Assembly (NCBI RefSeq): GCF_020745735.1
Contig: NC_083410.1
Location: 3,198,117 to 3,262,116, forward strand
DNA: 64,000 nt
Direction of reading: 5' to 3'
Source: Hemiscyllium ocellatum
Lineage: Eukaryota
Positions 41,048 to 54,450 of this stretch are shown here, in pieces (positions within the stretch are counted from its first letter, which is position 1; each line of letters starts with the position of its first letter). The notes below the pieces were generated by a model. It was not told the DNA's origin. It saw only the letters and a program-made list of their open reading frames with translations, and did not search any database. The translations under genes were made by a program, and so were the position numbers.

Positions 41048-41759
41048 TAGAAAAAAGAGACATGACTTTATTGAACTGCGTAAGATTCTGAGATGACTTT
41101 GCAGTGTGGATGTTGGGAGGATGTTTCCCCTCATTGGAGAATAGTCTAGAACTAGGGACACTGTTTAACCATAAAGAGGTGGAGATGAGGAGGACTCTCT
41201 TCTCTCAGAGAGTCATTAGTCTGTGGAATTCCCTTCAGAGAATGGTGGAGGCAGCATTGCTGAGTACTGTACACTTAAGGATGAGGTAAAGAGATTTTTG
41301 AATGAGTCAAGGTAAAAAGAGGGCTGACAGAAAGTGGAATTCAGCCGCAATTATATTGAATGGCGAAGCAGGGTCAATGGGCTGAATGGCTACACTTGCT
41401 TAATTTACACAATCATAAGAGCTGAAGATGTGCAGCGACATCAGGAGATGTCGTCTCAGGTGACCTATTGTTTTGGAGTTATGTACAGAGCCATAGGGGC
41501 TAGGATTCACCTTCATAAGACCTGTACCTGCCAGAGTCTCCTGGGAGATGGCTCTTAGTAATGCAGGAAGGGAGAGACCTCTGTCACCGAGTGATTGATC
41601 ACACTGTAAGCTGATGTGTGTAACTCTCCAATGATCTGGTGAGTCAGACCTTGTCAAAATTTATTTCTGAACTGGATGGAAGGATGATTATGTGAGTGAA
41701 CTGATACCACTGTGTCATGTGGGGGTTATAGGGGAATGTAGGCTGTTTAAATAAACCAG

Positions 41760-42105
41760 GGCAATACAGTGGCTCAATGGTTAGCACTGCTGCCTCACTG
41801 TGCCAGGGACCCGGGTTTGATCCCAGCCTCGGGTACCTGGCTGTGTGGAGTTTGCACATTCTGTGTGGGTTTCCTTTGCATACTCCAGTTTCCTCCCACA
41901 GTTGAAAGATGTGCAGGTTAGGTGGATTGGCCATGCTAAGTTGTCCGTAGTGTTCAGTAAAGTGTAGGTTCGGTGCATTCATCAGGGGAAATGTTAAGTA
42001 ATAGTGTAGGGGAATGGGTCTGGGTGGAATATCTTTGGTGGGTCGCTGTGGACTTGTTGGACCAAATGGCCTGTTTCCACACTGTAGGGATTTTATGATT
42101 CTAAA
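41760..42105 (+). mobile_element. HE1-like SINE
   Basis: gtggctcaatggttagcactgctgcctca...ggtttgatcc. Confidence 0.8.
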
Positions 42106-43279
42106 TGAGAAACATTTTGACCAATTGAATGTAACGTGGGAAGTGTGAGGCTATTTACTTTGAATCTGAGAAATAGAAACTGGAAACATTTCGTCAAAGT
42201 GACAGACTCGGAGCTGCAGACAATCACTAAGTTTCAAGTGATTGTTGATGCTCATATAGAACATAATCTAAATGGTTCATGACCTCAAGGGGAGCAAGTT
42301 ATTCATCAGTTATCTTATGCTTTGTCCACATTTGGAGTCACTTTTCAATTCTGGACACCACCCTAACAGAAAGGACAAATTACAGACTCACCGAAATGCT
42401 ACAGTGGGCTGAAGGTTTGTTGTACCAATGGGCTGCAGAGATGATTCTTGTATTGGCTTGAAGACTCAATCTTGAATAGTGATCCCATGCAGGACTTTTA
42501 AATAAAAACTGAAATTGTTGGAGAAACTCAGGAGGCCCTCAGTGCCTGACCTGCTGCGCTTTTCCAGCAACACATTTTCAACACTTCTCATTAGCACTTA
42601 CTCAGCACTTAGCTCTCTTTCTTGGCTTATCATTAGCCATCTGTTCGTTTGCCTCACCCTTTGTTTCAGTATCTCTCCAGCCACCATCTCCATGTCCCCT
42701 ATTTATTTCCCCTCACCATCTCTGTTACCAGTAGAAATATCACCTCCTCCAGTGCTCTTTGTTCTGAAGAGAGGTCAGTGGATTCAAAATGTTGATTGTG
42801 CTTCTTTCTCCAGACTTACTGAGTTTCTTCAACAATTTCTGTTTCGGTTTCAGATTTCCAGCATTGACAGTTCTTTGTTTTTAGATTAAGGTGCTTTAAA
42901 TAATCAGGATAGGCAGGGAGACAATTTCCTCTGTTTGGGTAGTCCATATTGGATAGAACTTCACCCCACACAGAGTGACGTGGAAATCTGGGACCTTCTC
43001 TCCCGTAGTGCTGGTGATGACGCTTGCAGGAAGTGCTTAAGACCAGGGTAGGTTCTCATTGTGAAGGCACACAGAACAAAAGCTGGATGGGGGTGATGCT
43101 AAGACCAGGTCCTCCCTGATGGAGCAGGCTGTGGGAAAGAATGGCCTCTCTCTGATGCTGTTAGCATACTGGCACAAAATGGCTTTTATTGAGGGAATGG
43201 GTTTGGCGTTTTAAATAAATGGAAGAAGATGTGGAATTTGGCAGGAAAGTGGGATTGACATCAGCAATGCTGGTTAAAC

Positions 43280-44250
43280 ACTTTATTAAACATTAACGAT
43301 CTAGATGAAAGAATTGAAGGCATTCAGGCTAAGTTTGTAGATGATACAAAGATATGTAGAGGGACAGGTAGCATTGAGGAGGCAAGGAGATTGCAGAAGG
43401 ATTTGGACAGGTTAGGGGAGTGGGCAAAGAAGTGGCAGGTAGAGTGGGAACGTGTGAGGTCATGCACTTTGGTAGGAAAAATAGAGACATGGACTATTTT
43501 GTAAATATGGAGAAATATCAGAAGTCTGAGGTGCAAAGAGACTTGGGAGTTCTAGTCCAGGATTCTCTCATGTAAACGTGCAGGGTGAGTCAGTAGTTAG
43601 GAAGGCAAATGCATTGATGGCATTTATTTTGAGAGGACTTGAATATAAAAGCAGGGAGTACTTCTGAGGCTCAATAAGGCTCTGGTCAGATCACATTTGG
43701 AGTATTGTGTGCAGTTTTGCGCCCCACAACTCAGGAAGGATGTATTGGCCTTGGAGCATGTTCAGAGGATGTTCATGAGAATGGTCCCTGGACTGAAAAG
43801 CTTAATACATAAGGAATGTTTGAGGGCTCTGGGTTTATACTCGATCGAGTTTAGAAGGATGAGGGGGGATGTTATTGAAACATGCGGAATACTGAATGGC
43901 CTGGACAGAGCGGATGTTGGGAAGATGTTTCCATTGGTAGGAGAGGCTAGGACCTGAGGGCACAGCCTTAGTGTAAAGGGAAGACCTTTTAGAATGGAGA
44001 TAAGGAGAAACGTCTTCAGCTAGAGAGTGGGGAATCTGTGGAATTCACTGCCACAGAAGGATGTGGAGGCCAGGTAATTGAGTATATTTAAGACAGAAAT
44101 AGATAGGTTATTGAGTATCAGGGGGATCAAGGGTTATGGGGAGAAAGTGGGAGAATGGGGTTGAGAAACCTAACAGCCACGATTGAATGGTAGAGCAGAC
44201 TCGATGGGCTGACTGGCCTAATTTCTGTTCCTATGTCTCATGGTCTTAAA
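43280..44250 (+). mobile_element. CR1 LINE 3' portion just upstream of the PAQR8 coding exon
   Basis: EYCVQFCAPQLRKDVLALEHVQR. Confidence 0.9.
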
Positions 44251-44434
44251 CAGTCAGAATGAGCAATGGAATGATGAACCCAAATAGTAATGAATTCAAT
44301 GAACCTTTGTGGAATGGGTTGGGGGATCTGGGGGGGGGGGGGGTGTGGCACGTGGAGGTTTTCAAGGTAGGTCTGTGTCATCAGGTCATTTTAAACTTGT
44401 TTGTTTATCTCTTTCTCTCTGTCAGGTGGTCCAA

Positions 44435-45520
44435 ATGGTTTGTGAAATGAAACTGAAGAATTCCCTTAGCAGCCATGTGGTTGGTGGTATCCTAGAGAGA
44501 CTGAATGCCATCACCATCAACCCCCAGCACATCCTGGAGGAGATTCTACCAAGGGTGCCCAGCACCGTGACTGACAATGACGTGCCCATGCTTTTCCGGG
44601 AGCCCTACATCCACAGTGGCTATCGGCAGGTGGAGCAGGATTGGAAATACTACCTTCTCAGCCTCTTCCAGCAGCACAATGAGGCACTCAATGTCTGGAC
44701 TCACCTGCTGGCTGCTCTGGTGCTTGTGGTCCGTTTCCGAGCATTCCTGGAGACAACCTCGCCATTCCCCACCGTCTACAGCCTCCCACTTTGCTTCTTC
44801 GTGATTGCCTGTGTGACCTACCTGTCCTGCAGTGTGCTAGCCCATCTCTTCCAGTCCAAGTCAGAGCTGGCCCATTACTCTTTCTACTTCCTGGACTATG
44901 TAGGTGTGGGTGCTTACCAATATGGCAGTGCCCTGGCACATTACTATTATTGCATGGAGCCTGAGTGGCACCAGGTGATTCACCCGTTCTTCCTGCCCAT
45001 TGCTGCCATCCTGGGCTGGCTCTCCTGCTTGGGCTGTTGTTTCTCCAAAGTCCACTTCCAGCGACCTTACCCCATCACCCGGAAGGTGTGCCAGATGGTG
45101 CCCGCCTTTCTGGCCTACCTCCTGGACATCAGCCCCATTGTCCACCGGATTGCTACCTGCTGGGTACGGGACTGCACTGACCATGCTGTCTGGTACCACA
45201 CCTGGCAGATCATCCTGTTTGTCATCGCTTCCGGCTTCTTCTCTTACCCAGTGCCAGAGAAATATTTCCCGGGAAGATTCGACATCGTGGGACACGCCCA
45301 CCAGATCTTCCACGTGTTCCTGTCCCTCTGCACGCTAGCTCAGCTGGAGGCTGTGCTGTTGGACTACAGCAACCGGCGGGAGATGTTCTCCACCCGGGGA
45401 GATGAGCGCATGGTCTACATCTCGTGCATGAACTTCATCGTGCTGATCGCCTGCAGCGGCAGCTCAGCCATCTACATGAGGAGAATAGTCAAAAACAAGC
45501 TGCACAAGAAAGGGGACTGA
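44435..45520 (+). CDS. PAQR8: Membrane progestin receptor beta (PAQR family member 8), single coding exon; start is ATG 44435 or 44447
   Basis: ILERL...VPMLFREPYI, HNEALNVWTH, SVLAH, DYVGV, PEKYFPGRFDIVGHAHQIFH motifs, hydrophobic segments, KKGD C-terminus; pyrimidine tract and cAG acceptor at 44425; MCM3-PAQR8 synteny. Confidence 0.93.
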   Translation: MVCEMKLKNSLSSHVVGGILERLNAITINPQHILEEILPRVPSTVTDNDVPMLFREPYIHSGYRQVEQDWKYYLLSLFQQHNEALNVWTHLLAALVLVVRFRAFLETTSPFPTVYSLPLCFFVIACVTYLSCSVLAHLFQSKSELAHYSFYFLDYVGVGAYQYGSALAHYYYCMEPEWHQVIHPFFLPIAAILGWLSCLGCCFSKVHFQRPYPITRKVCQMVPAFLAYLLDISPIVHRIATCWVRDCTDHAVWYHTWQIILFVIASGFFSYPVPEKYFPGRFDIVGHAHQIFHVFLSLCTLAQLEAVLLDYSNRREMFSTRGDERMVYISCMNFIVLIACSGSSAIYMRRIVKNKLHKKGD

Positions 45521-45984
45521 GGGATGAGATGTGGGCCCCGGTCTCCTCTCTGGGTTTCCTGGAGGATTTGTCTGGATCTCGAACAGAAGCTCATGATTTT
45601 GATTTGAATATAAGCAGATCTCAAGGCTCCAGGCCCACCCCTGGGTCTTGTTTGTATTCATTTGTTAGTGGAGTCTTGTCCGGGAGGGAACTGCGGTCCC
45701 TACGACTGAGGGGACATGTGTGAGGGATGGGGTGGGGGGGAGTCTGTCTGACCTGCAGAGGTGAGGGTCTCCTGTCTCATACTGTGGGGCCACACAAAGC
45801 TGGTGATGATACTGCCAGGTGGTCTCTCAGTTTGTTCAGCATCAGATGCCCCATCCCTTGGAAAAACTCCTCTGTGCTAGTTGAACATCACAAATGGATT
45901 GAGAGGGTACCGGGACAGACTGGCAGCAATAGGGTACACCAACAAAGCTAGAACTGAATAGGTGACTCTCATCCAGCAGTATCA

Positions 45985-46265
45985 TAGAATCCCTATTGGC
46001 AGTGTGGAAACAAGCCATTCAGCCCAACAAGTTCACACTGACCCTCCAAAGAGCATCTCACCCAGACTCACATACCTACCCTCATCATCCTGCATTTCCC
46101 ATGGCCAATCTACCTACCCTACATATCCCAGGAAATTATGGGCAATTTAGCATGGCCATTCCACTCATCCGGCACATCTTTGGACTGTGGGAGGAAACCG
46201 GAGCACCAGGAGGAAACCCACGCAGACACAGGGAGGATGTGCAAACTCTGCACAGACGTCACCTG
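45985..46265 (-). mobile_element. HE1-like SINE downstream of the PAQR8 stop
   Basis: family sequence. Confidence 0.75.
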
Positions 46266-46310
46266 AAAAGTTCAGGTATCCCAAAGGGGGTAAATGGCTA
46301 ACTTTATATC

Positions 46311-47140
46311 AGTGTAGAGTGTAGAGACAGCTTCACTCTGTATCTAACCCCGTACCGCCTCTGTGTTTGATGGGGACAGCGTAGAGGTAGCTTTACTCTG
46401 TATCTAATCCTGTGCTGTATCGGTCCTCAGTGTGTTTAATGCTGACAGTGTAGAGAAAGCTTTACTCTGTATCTAACTCTATGCTATCCCTGTCCTGGGA
46501 GTGTCTGAAGGGGAATGTGCAGAGGTAGCTTTACCTTTAGTTTAAAAGAGTATATGGAGCTTTACTTTATATCTAACCTCATGCTGTACTTGTTTTGGAA
46601 ACATTTGATGTGGACAATGTAGAGGGGGTTTTACTCTGTATCCAGCTCTGTGCTGTCCCTGTCCTGGGAGTGTTTGATAGTGACAGTGTAGAGGTAGCTT
46701 TACTCTGTATCTAACTCCATACTGTTGCTGTCCCGTTAGTGTCTGGTGGGGACAATGTAGAGATCTTTACTCTGTATCTAAATCCTGTACTGTCCCTGTC
46801 CTGGGAGTGTTTGATGAAGACATTGTAGAGGAAACTTTACTCTGTATCTCACTTCGTGCTGACCCTGTCCTGGGAGTGTTTAATGGTGACAATGCAGAGG
46901 GAGCTTTACTCTGTATCTAACCCCATGTTGTCCCTGTCCTGGGAGTGTTTGATCTGTACAGTATAGAGAGAGATTCACTTTATATCTAACCCCTTGCTTT
47001 ACCTGCCCTGGGACTATTTGATAGAAGGGACATTTTAGAAAGAGCTTTATTCTGTACCTAACCCTGTGCTGTCCCAGTCCTGGGAGTGTTTAATCGAAAA
47101 AGAGTGAAGGAAGCTTTACTTTCAGTTTAAAAGGGTAGAA
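46311..47140. repeat. About 69-bp tandem satellite, about 12 copies
   Basis: GTAGAGGGAGCTTTACTCTGTATCTAACCCCGTGCTGTCCCTGTCCTGGGAGTGTTTGATGGGGACAGT-like units. Confidence 0.9.
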
Positions 47141-47159
47141 GGAGCATCACTCACTCTGT

Positions 47160-47256
47160 GTAGAAAATGAGGTCTGCAGATGCTGGAGATCACAGCTATC
47201 CTATTCCTTGGATGCTGCCTAACCTGCTGTGCTCTAACCAGCAACACATTTTCAGC
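47160..47256 (-). mobile_element. Internally deleted short Penelope-derived element with 15-bp TSD
   Basis: CATCACTCACTCTGT at 47145-47159 and 47257-47271. Confidence 0.85.
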
Positions 47257-49700
47257 CATCACTCACTCTGTCCCTGTCCTGGAGAGATGCCTGGCTGAAA
47301 TCTGAGTTGACGAGTTATATGAAATGTATGACTGTCTGTATATTTCTTTGTGTAATTTAAAAATACTCAGCAAGTGAAGTGAATTGCAGGGGACATTAAT
47401 GTCAGAGTCCCATTTCTCCTTTTCAGTCTTAAGTATATCTTAAGTAAGTCTTTAATTTATGATCTGTATTAACAATGTAGTACAAGTATCTATTGAAATG
47501 TTGAACCAGCAGGGGAAGGGAAAGTTCATGGAGCATGTTGCACTGTCAAAGGGAATCAGATTCTGAAATCATTTTCATTTCCTTGCTGAGCCTCACTGTT
47601 GGTGGTGATGAAGGGGTATGGTGCCTCATTGAGTGTTGGCAGAGTATAATGATGATTGGTTCATGATGCTGGGAGCTGTGAGGAGCCGATCAGGGTAGAA
47701 TAGATCAGAGAATGGGTTAAAATTGCTGACTGGTGCCTCATTCTTTTTGGCAAGCATGCAGTGATCTGAATCTACTCTCAGTTCATTAGCTACTGACCTT
47801 TCACCAGATCACACCTGATCTATCACCATAATTCCATCAGGAAATTGGGGACACCATGAGGAGAGTATTCAACAAAGATTGGTACCAGTCTCCCCCATTT
47901 CTCTGAGATGTCCCGTTGATCTCTCAGTAAAGTGACAGGAGAATAGCTGTGTAATTCAATAATGCATTTGATGACAATGAATTTATACAGGAGTTACACA
48001 GTCAGGACCCAGAATTAGTAATTCAGTTACAAGCAAACAAGCTGTGTTCAGACACAGATAGGCATAGATGAGATCAGAAAGAATCTTGGAATAACATTAT
48101 ACAGTCATTTTAGGAATAACCCATTTTAGAATTAGCCCACAGATTGCCAGGTTTTTAAAATTAACATCACAGTTTGTAATCACAGGTGTGAGCCTGACAT
48201 CTGGAGTATTATACAATGACCCTTTGTCCATCAGCGTTAATTCAACTGTTTCTGAGCAATTAGTCAGCTTAAAAAAATGCTCATTTATTTTTTAACTCAA
48301 GCATCCCTAGGCACCATACAAATTAATAACATTGAAGGAACTGTACAAGTTAATATTATTGCATCTGCTGCAAATTTTAACAGGTCTATCCATTACACGG
48401 ACCACAGTAGATAAGAGGGGAGAGTGTACACAGGGCTGTGGGAGGGGGTTAAATGGGTGTGCAGAGTCAGTGACAGGGGGAGAATGTCCATGTAATGTGG
48501 GAGGAGGATTAATAGTCTTCCTTATGTTGCAAACAACTCATTAATATGGCATTCAATAAGGTCCCACATGAGAAATTAGCATGTAAATTTAAAGCGCATG
48601 GGATTAGGGGAGGACTTTTGCCCGAAACTTTGATTTTCCTGCTCCTCGGATGCTGCCTGACCTGCTGTGCTTTTCCAGCAACACTCTGATCTAAATTCTG
48701 GTTTCTAGCATCTGCAGTCCTTACTTTGGCCAAACATTTGGGGTACTGTGCTGAAATGGATTGAGGACTGGAAGGAAGAAAGAAAGAGTACAAATACATG
48801 ATCTTCTTCTGAGTGGCAGGCCGTGATTAGTGGGGTGCCATAGAGATCAGTGCTGGAACCCATCTATTCACAATAGAAATGCTTTGGATGAGAAAGCTAA
48901 ATGTATTATCTACAACTTTGCAGGTGACACAAAGCTGGGTGGGAGGGTAAGCTGTGAGGAGGATGCAGAGATGCTTCAATTTGAATTGGACAGGCTGAAT
49001 GTGTGGGCAAATGCATAAAGAGGTAAACAAGTTACTCAAAGATTGGTGTGGGAGAAACGGATTTGAATTCATGGGACATTGGAAGGAGGGAGCTGTTCCA
49101 ATGGGGCAGGCTCCATCTGAATCATGCTGTGATCAGAATCCTTAGAAGTGCAGAGTAAAATAGGTCTGAGTCGGCACATTGTTATCTAGGGGAGACCATG
49201 CCTGACAAATCTGTTCAAATTCTTTGGAGGTAATGAGCAAGTTAGACAAGGGAGAGCTGCAGACATGATCTACTTGGATTTCCAAAAGGCCTTTGACAAG
49301 ATGCTGCAAAGGAGGCTGTTAAATAAGATAAGAGCCGTTGGTATTAGGGACAAGGTACTGGCATGGATAGAGAATTGGCTGACTGGCAGAAGGCAGAGAG
49401 TGGAAATAAAGGAGGCTTTTTCAGGGTGGCTGCCAATGACTAGTGGAATTCCACAGGGGTCAGTGTTGGGACCACAACTATTCACATTATACATTAATAA
49501 TCAAGACAAAGGAACTGAAGGCATTGTTGCTAAGTTTACGAATGACACAAAGATACGTGGAGGGACAGGTAGTGTTGAGGAAGCAGGGAGGCTACAGAAC
49601 AACTTGGACAGGCTGGGAGAGTGGGCAAAGAAGTGGCAGATGGAATACAATATTGCAAAGTGTGAGATTATGCGCTTTGGTAGGTAGAATAGACGTGTAG

Positions 49701-49919
49701 CTGAAAATGTGTTGCTGGTTAAAGCACAGCAGGTTTGGCAGCATCTCAGGAATAGAGAATTTGACGTTTCGAGCATAAGCCCTTCATCAGGAATGAAGGC
49801 CTTAAGCTCGAAACGTCGAATTCTCTATTCCTGAGATGCTGCCAAACCTGCTGTGCTTTAACCAGCAACACATTTTCAGCTGTGATCTCCAGCACCTGCA
49901 GACCTCATTTTTTACTCGA
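49701..49919. mobile_element. Short hairpin Penelope-derived element with 15-bp TSD, inserted in CR1
   Basis: 89-bp inverted arms; AGAATAGACGTGTAG at 49686-49700 and 49920-49934. Confidence 0.9.
49759..49793 (-). ncRNA. Minimal hammerhead ribozyme motif, family A
   Basis: UUC-CUGAUGA-A-GGGC(UUAU)GCUC-GAAAC-GUC-AAAU. Confidence 0.7.
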
Positions 49920-52099
49920 AGAATAGACGTGTAGACCATTTTCTAAATGGGGAAAAGCTTTGGAAATCTAAGGCACAAAGAGACTTGGGAGTTTTAGTTC
50001 AGGATTCTCTTAAAATCAGGTTCAGATGGCATCTAGGAAGGTAAATGCAATGTCAACATTTGTTTCAAGAGGGTTAGAATACAAGAGCAGGGATGTCCTG
50101 CTGAGACTGTGTAAGGCTCTGGTCAGACCACATTTGGAATATTGTGAGCAGTTTTGGGTCCCGTATCTATGGAAGGATGTGCTAGCATTGTTCAGAGGAG
50201 GTTTACAAGAATGATCCTAGAGATAAAGGACTTGTCATATAAGGAGAGTTGAGGATTTGAGGGCTGTACCCGATGGAGTTTAGAAGGATGAGGAAGGAAC
50301 TGATTGAAACTTACAGAATACTGAGTGGGTATGCAAAAGATGATTCCAATGGAGGGGGAGCCAAGGGCACAGTCTCAGGGAAAAGGGATGACCGTTTACA
50401 ACTGAGATGAGGAGGAATTTCTTCAGGAAGTGGGCGGTGAATCTGTGGAACTTAGTGCTGCAGAAGTATGTGGAAGCCAAATCATTGCATGTATTTAATA
50501 TGGATTTAGATAAGTTAAGATCTTAATGGGTTCAAGGGTTATGGGAAGAAGGCAGGAGAACAGATTGAGAAACATATCGGTTGGGAGCAGAAGCAGGAAG
50601 GCATTCTATTTTCTGAATGGTGATAGATTGAGAAAGGGAGAGGTACAAAGAGACTTGAGTGTCCTCATACACCAGTCACTGAAGGTGCAACAGAGGGGGA
50701 AGAAGGTAACTGGCATGTTGTCCATTGTAGGATTTGAGCACAAGAGCAGGGATGTGTTGCTGCAACTCTACAGGAAGGGCAGGACTGATCCATGAAGATA
50801 AACAAGTTCAGCTAGGACTATATTCTCAGGATTTTAGAAGGATGAGGAGGGATCTCATAGAGACCTGTAAAATTCTAACAGGATGACAGGGTAATTGCAG
50901 GAAGGATGTTGCTGATGACTGGGGAGTCCAGAATCAAGGGTCACAGTCTAGGGATACAGGGTAAGCCATTCAGGACTGAGATGAAGAGAAACATCTTTAC
51001 CCAGAGAGTGGTGAGTCTGTGGAATTTGCTGCCATACAAAGCCATTGAGGCCAAAACATTGAATGTTTTCAAAGAGATGCAGGTAAGGGGAGAAAGAAGG
51101 AAAAGGGGACTGGATTGGATGATCAGCCAGGATCATATTGAATGGTAAAGCAAGGTCGAAGGGCTGAATGGCCTTTACATGTCCCTATTTTTAAAATTTC
51201 TACAAAAACCCATTTTCTGAGTTACATTCCTCCAACTACATGATGCCTAGTAACACCAACAGTTCATTCAGCTCTGCAGTCCTTTACAACAACCAGCACT
51301 GACTAGCCCACTTCAAAGAGTCTATAACCACTTGGAGCTGTCAATCAAACTGTTAAATTGGGAGGCAACATGCTGTAATAATGGGAGGATGTGAAATTAG
51401 TCAAGACTCTCTTAGCCAGTTCCCTATGTCAAAAGGAGTTCAAAGGGCAAATATTTTTCAAACTCCAGTTTTCTTTTCAAATAGTTAAATGACAAGACTT
51501 GACTGAACTGCCCTGAGAACTTGACAGTTTCCTTTGACAGTTCTTCTTCACAGCTGTAATGAACGTCACAGTTCCAGTGCATTTACATACCTTTTACACA
51601 CATTGATGCTTTTTTTAACAATCACAAAGAGTAGCGTAGCTATTTTAAAGGAATCTGACCATTGTAAAGAGGTATGTTATCCCCCAGAAAGGGTACCCTG
51701 GCTTTTTAGGCAAATCTGGAATGATCAGAGCTGCTTCTCCTAGGTTTAACTGTGCGTGGCATATTACACACACTGGGTCACACAAGGCTATGGCCTGCTG
51801 CTGCTGCTGCTGATTTCTATCTTTGTCAGCTGTTTCAACTCTCCTTTGATGTAAAGGTGACACCAACCGTAGCTGGATTATTGCTGTGCGACTGGTTTAT
51901 CTGACCAGCAGCCTCTGTGAAATGCATGTGCATGAAATGTGATCTGACCCCTATCCAGATCATGTCTACTCCCACTCATCCACCACATCCCAGTAAAAAC
52001 ATCTGGCAGTGCCACTCCCAGATTATTTAGCCATGTCTGCCATTTTTGCGGCCTATTGCAGTGAAAACACAAGCCCCAAAGTCAGTTTTGTGACATTAT

Positions 52100-54450
52100 T
52101 AGGAATTGGATTCATTCTGGTGAGATCACCCCTCATTATTCTAAACACCAGAGGCTATCATCCAATTCTACTTTGAAGCAGACTCTTTGGGCTGAATGGC
52201 CTACAGTTCCCAAGTCTGCTGCCCACTCAATCTCCCTTCACAAAAAAAAGTCCCCATGTCCCAGAAATCATTCTAGTGAACCTGCCTTGTCTATTTGTTA
52301 AACAGGTAGGATCAAAACTACACTGAGCACTTCAGGTGTAACCTCCGTATCATTGCAAGAAAATGTTCTCATTGTATTTCAGCCAGCTTCTATTTGTCCC
52401 TAGGGATTAACTTTCCAATTTTTGTACAAGAACATCTAAATCTCTCTGAATGCCAACATTTAGTGGGTTCTGAATTTTACAAACATTCTGCTTTTCCAGT
52501 CTTTCTATCAAAATGAATAAATTAATGCTGCCCAACATTAAATGGCACCTGTTATCATCATGTCCAATCACCTAACCTATCCCTTGACAGACTTTATACA
52601 TTGTCCTCAGAGCTTACTTTTCCATCTGCATTTGTATAATCCCAAACCTCCATTATATATTATGCTCTGTCCCCTCATCTCACTCATTGTTAGATATTAT
52701 TAAGTAACTTGAGTTCCAAGAATTCACCTTCGCACCACTTCACAAGAGAGACCCTATCATCCTGAAAAACATACTGATAAGGAACAAGACCAGGCCACTC
52801 AGCCCCTTTGAGTGTGCTCTCGCATTTAGAGTTGACTTTAACCTCAACTCTACAGTCCTGCACATCCCCGGCCATCTTATGTGCCCTCGCTAATCAATGC
52901 CCAATCTCAGTTTTTTAACCAAGCCTTAACCCCATTGATACATTCCTCCCCCCTCAATCTCCTGAACCCTAACCCTACTTAACAGCCAATTATGTAACAT
53001 CTTATTGGATAACTTCTGAAAATCTAAATACAAAACCTTCATTATTTCCCACTAATCAACCCGTTAATTATATGCCACCCCAAAAAAACTCTAATTATTG
53101 GTGTTACAAGGCATCATGTAGTTGGAGGAATGTGACTTCAGAAAATGGGATTCTATAGAAACATAGAGAACAGGAGTAGGATTAGGTCATTCAGCCCTTC
53201 GATCTTACCCTGCCTGTCAATATGATCATGGCTGGTCATCCAATCAGTCCCTTGTTCCTGCTTTCTCCCTATACCCTTTGATTCATTTAGCACTAAGAAT
53301 TAGACTGAACTCTTTCCCGAAAACATTCAATGTTTTGACCTCACCTGCTCTCTATGGTAGCAAATTCCAAAGTCCCACACTTTTTGTCAAGTATGAATTC
53401 CCTTTCATAAAGCTCTGAAGGTCTGGTCTACAACTTTACAAGTGTACTGTTATCACATCCTCAATAACAGATTCCAGCATTAACCTGTTACTGCCATTAG
53501 GATCAGTGGTTCATCTGTCCCCGTTATTGCTCTCTGTCTTCTCTTGAATAGAAGGTTCCATTTACTGCTGATCAATCCACAGGGATCACTTCATAATCTG
53601 TGGAAGTTTGAACTCTAAACAGGCATTAATTCTGCTGCTACCTCTTTTACAACTTTGGCTGTAGGCCACCAGGGTCAAGAGATCTGTTGCTACTCATTCC
53701 TAATAATTTTCTAGTACTTTTTGTTTTGGTAACTTTACATATTTTACATTCCTGATTCTGGTTAAACTCATGGTTCCCCTGACTTCCTCATATACTTTGT
53801 GTCTTCTGCTTTGTAGATAGACCAAGCAGATTGTGACATCTGTACCATTTCCTTTTTCTCTTTTCCAATCCCTCCTGTCTCTGCTTTGAAGATTTGTTTT
53901 CTTTTGCAAGCAAGTAATTTCCTCTTTATAGGTTTCTAAATGCTTGTGCAATTCTTGTGATATTTATTGCAAGTTTAATGCCACGTACTATTTTCTCTTT
54001 TTTCTGTTAACTCTTGGGTATTCTTTATAAGAATCTCCAAATTCTCAGACGTACTCTTTTGATAATATTTTAATTTTCTTGTTTCAATCTCATGCAATCC
54101 TCAATTTTCATAATTTGTCATAGATATGCCACTTTCTTATAGGAAATTTTATCCCACAAGGGTATGTATACTTATGAAGACTTGTTTCTTTAAATGTTTG
54201 TCCTTGCTTATCCACTAATAACTTTAAATCTATTTTCCAATCTATGCCATCCAAATTGACCCTGCTAACTCCTAAATTGGCTTTATTTAAATTTAACCAC
54301 ATAACTCTAAAACTTAAGATGAAATTCCATCATGTTATGATCATCTTCCCCCCAGAGTGTCCTTTTTACAAGGTTACTGAGTAACTCTTCCTCATTATAC
54401 AGTGTACAACCTAACTTAATCTCTATTTGCTGTTGGATCCTCAACATATT
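52100..54450 (-). mobile_element. Highly degenerate CR1 relics
   Basis: patchy similarity to the other CR1 copies. Confidence 0.55.

Larger units (their letters stand above)
48540..51200 (+). mobile_element. Cluster of CR1 LINE fragments
   Basis: IYLDFQKAFDK...GIPQGSVLGPQLFTLYIN...KFTNDTK. Confidence 0.9.

Noticed and set aside
41760-41830. tRNA-like A/B boxes
   Set aside because: SINE heads, not complete tRNA genes
44309-44434. Extra 42 aa at the start of the ORF-track PAQR8 call
   Set aside because: Non-ATG start, runs through poly-G and the polypyrimidine tract/acceptor at 44425; mostly intronic
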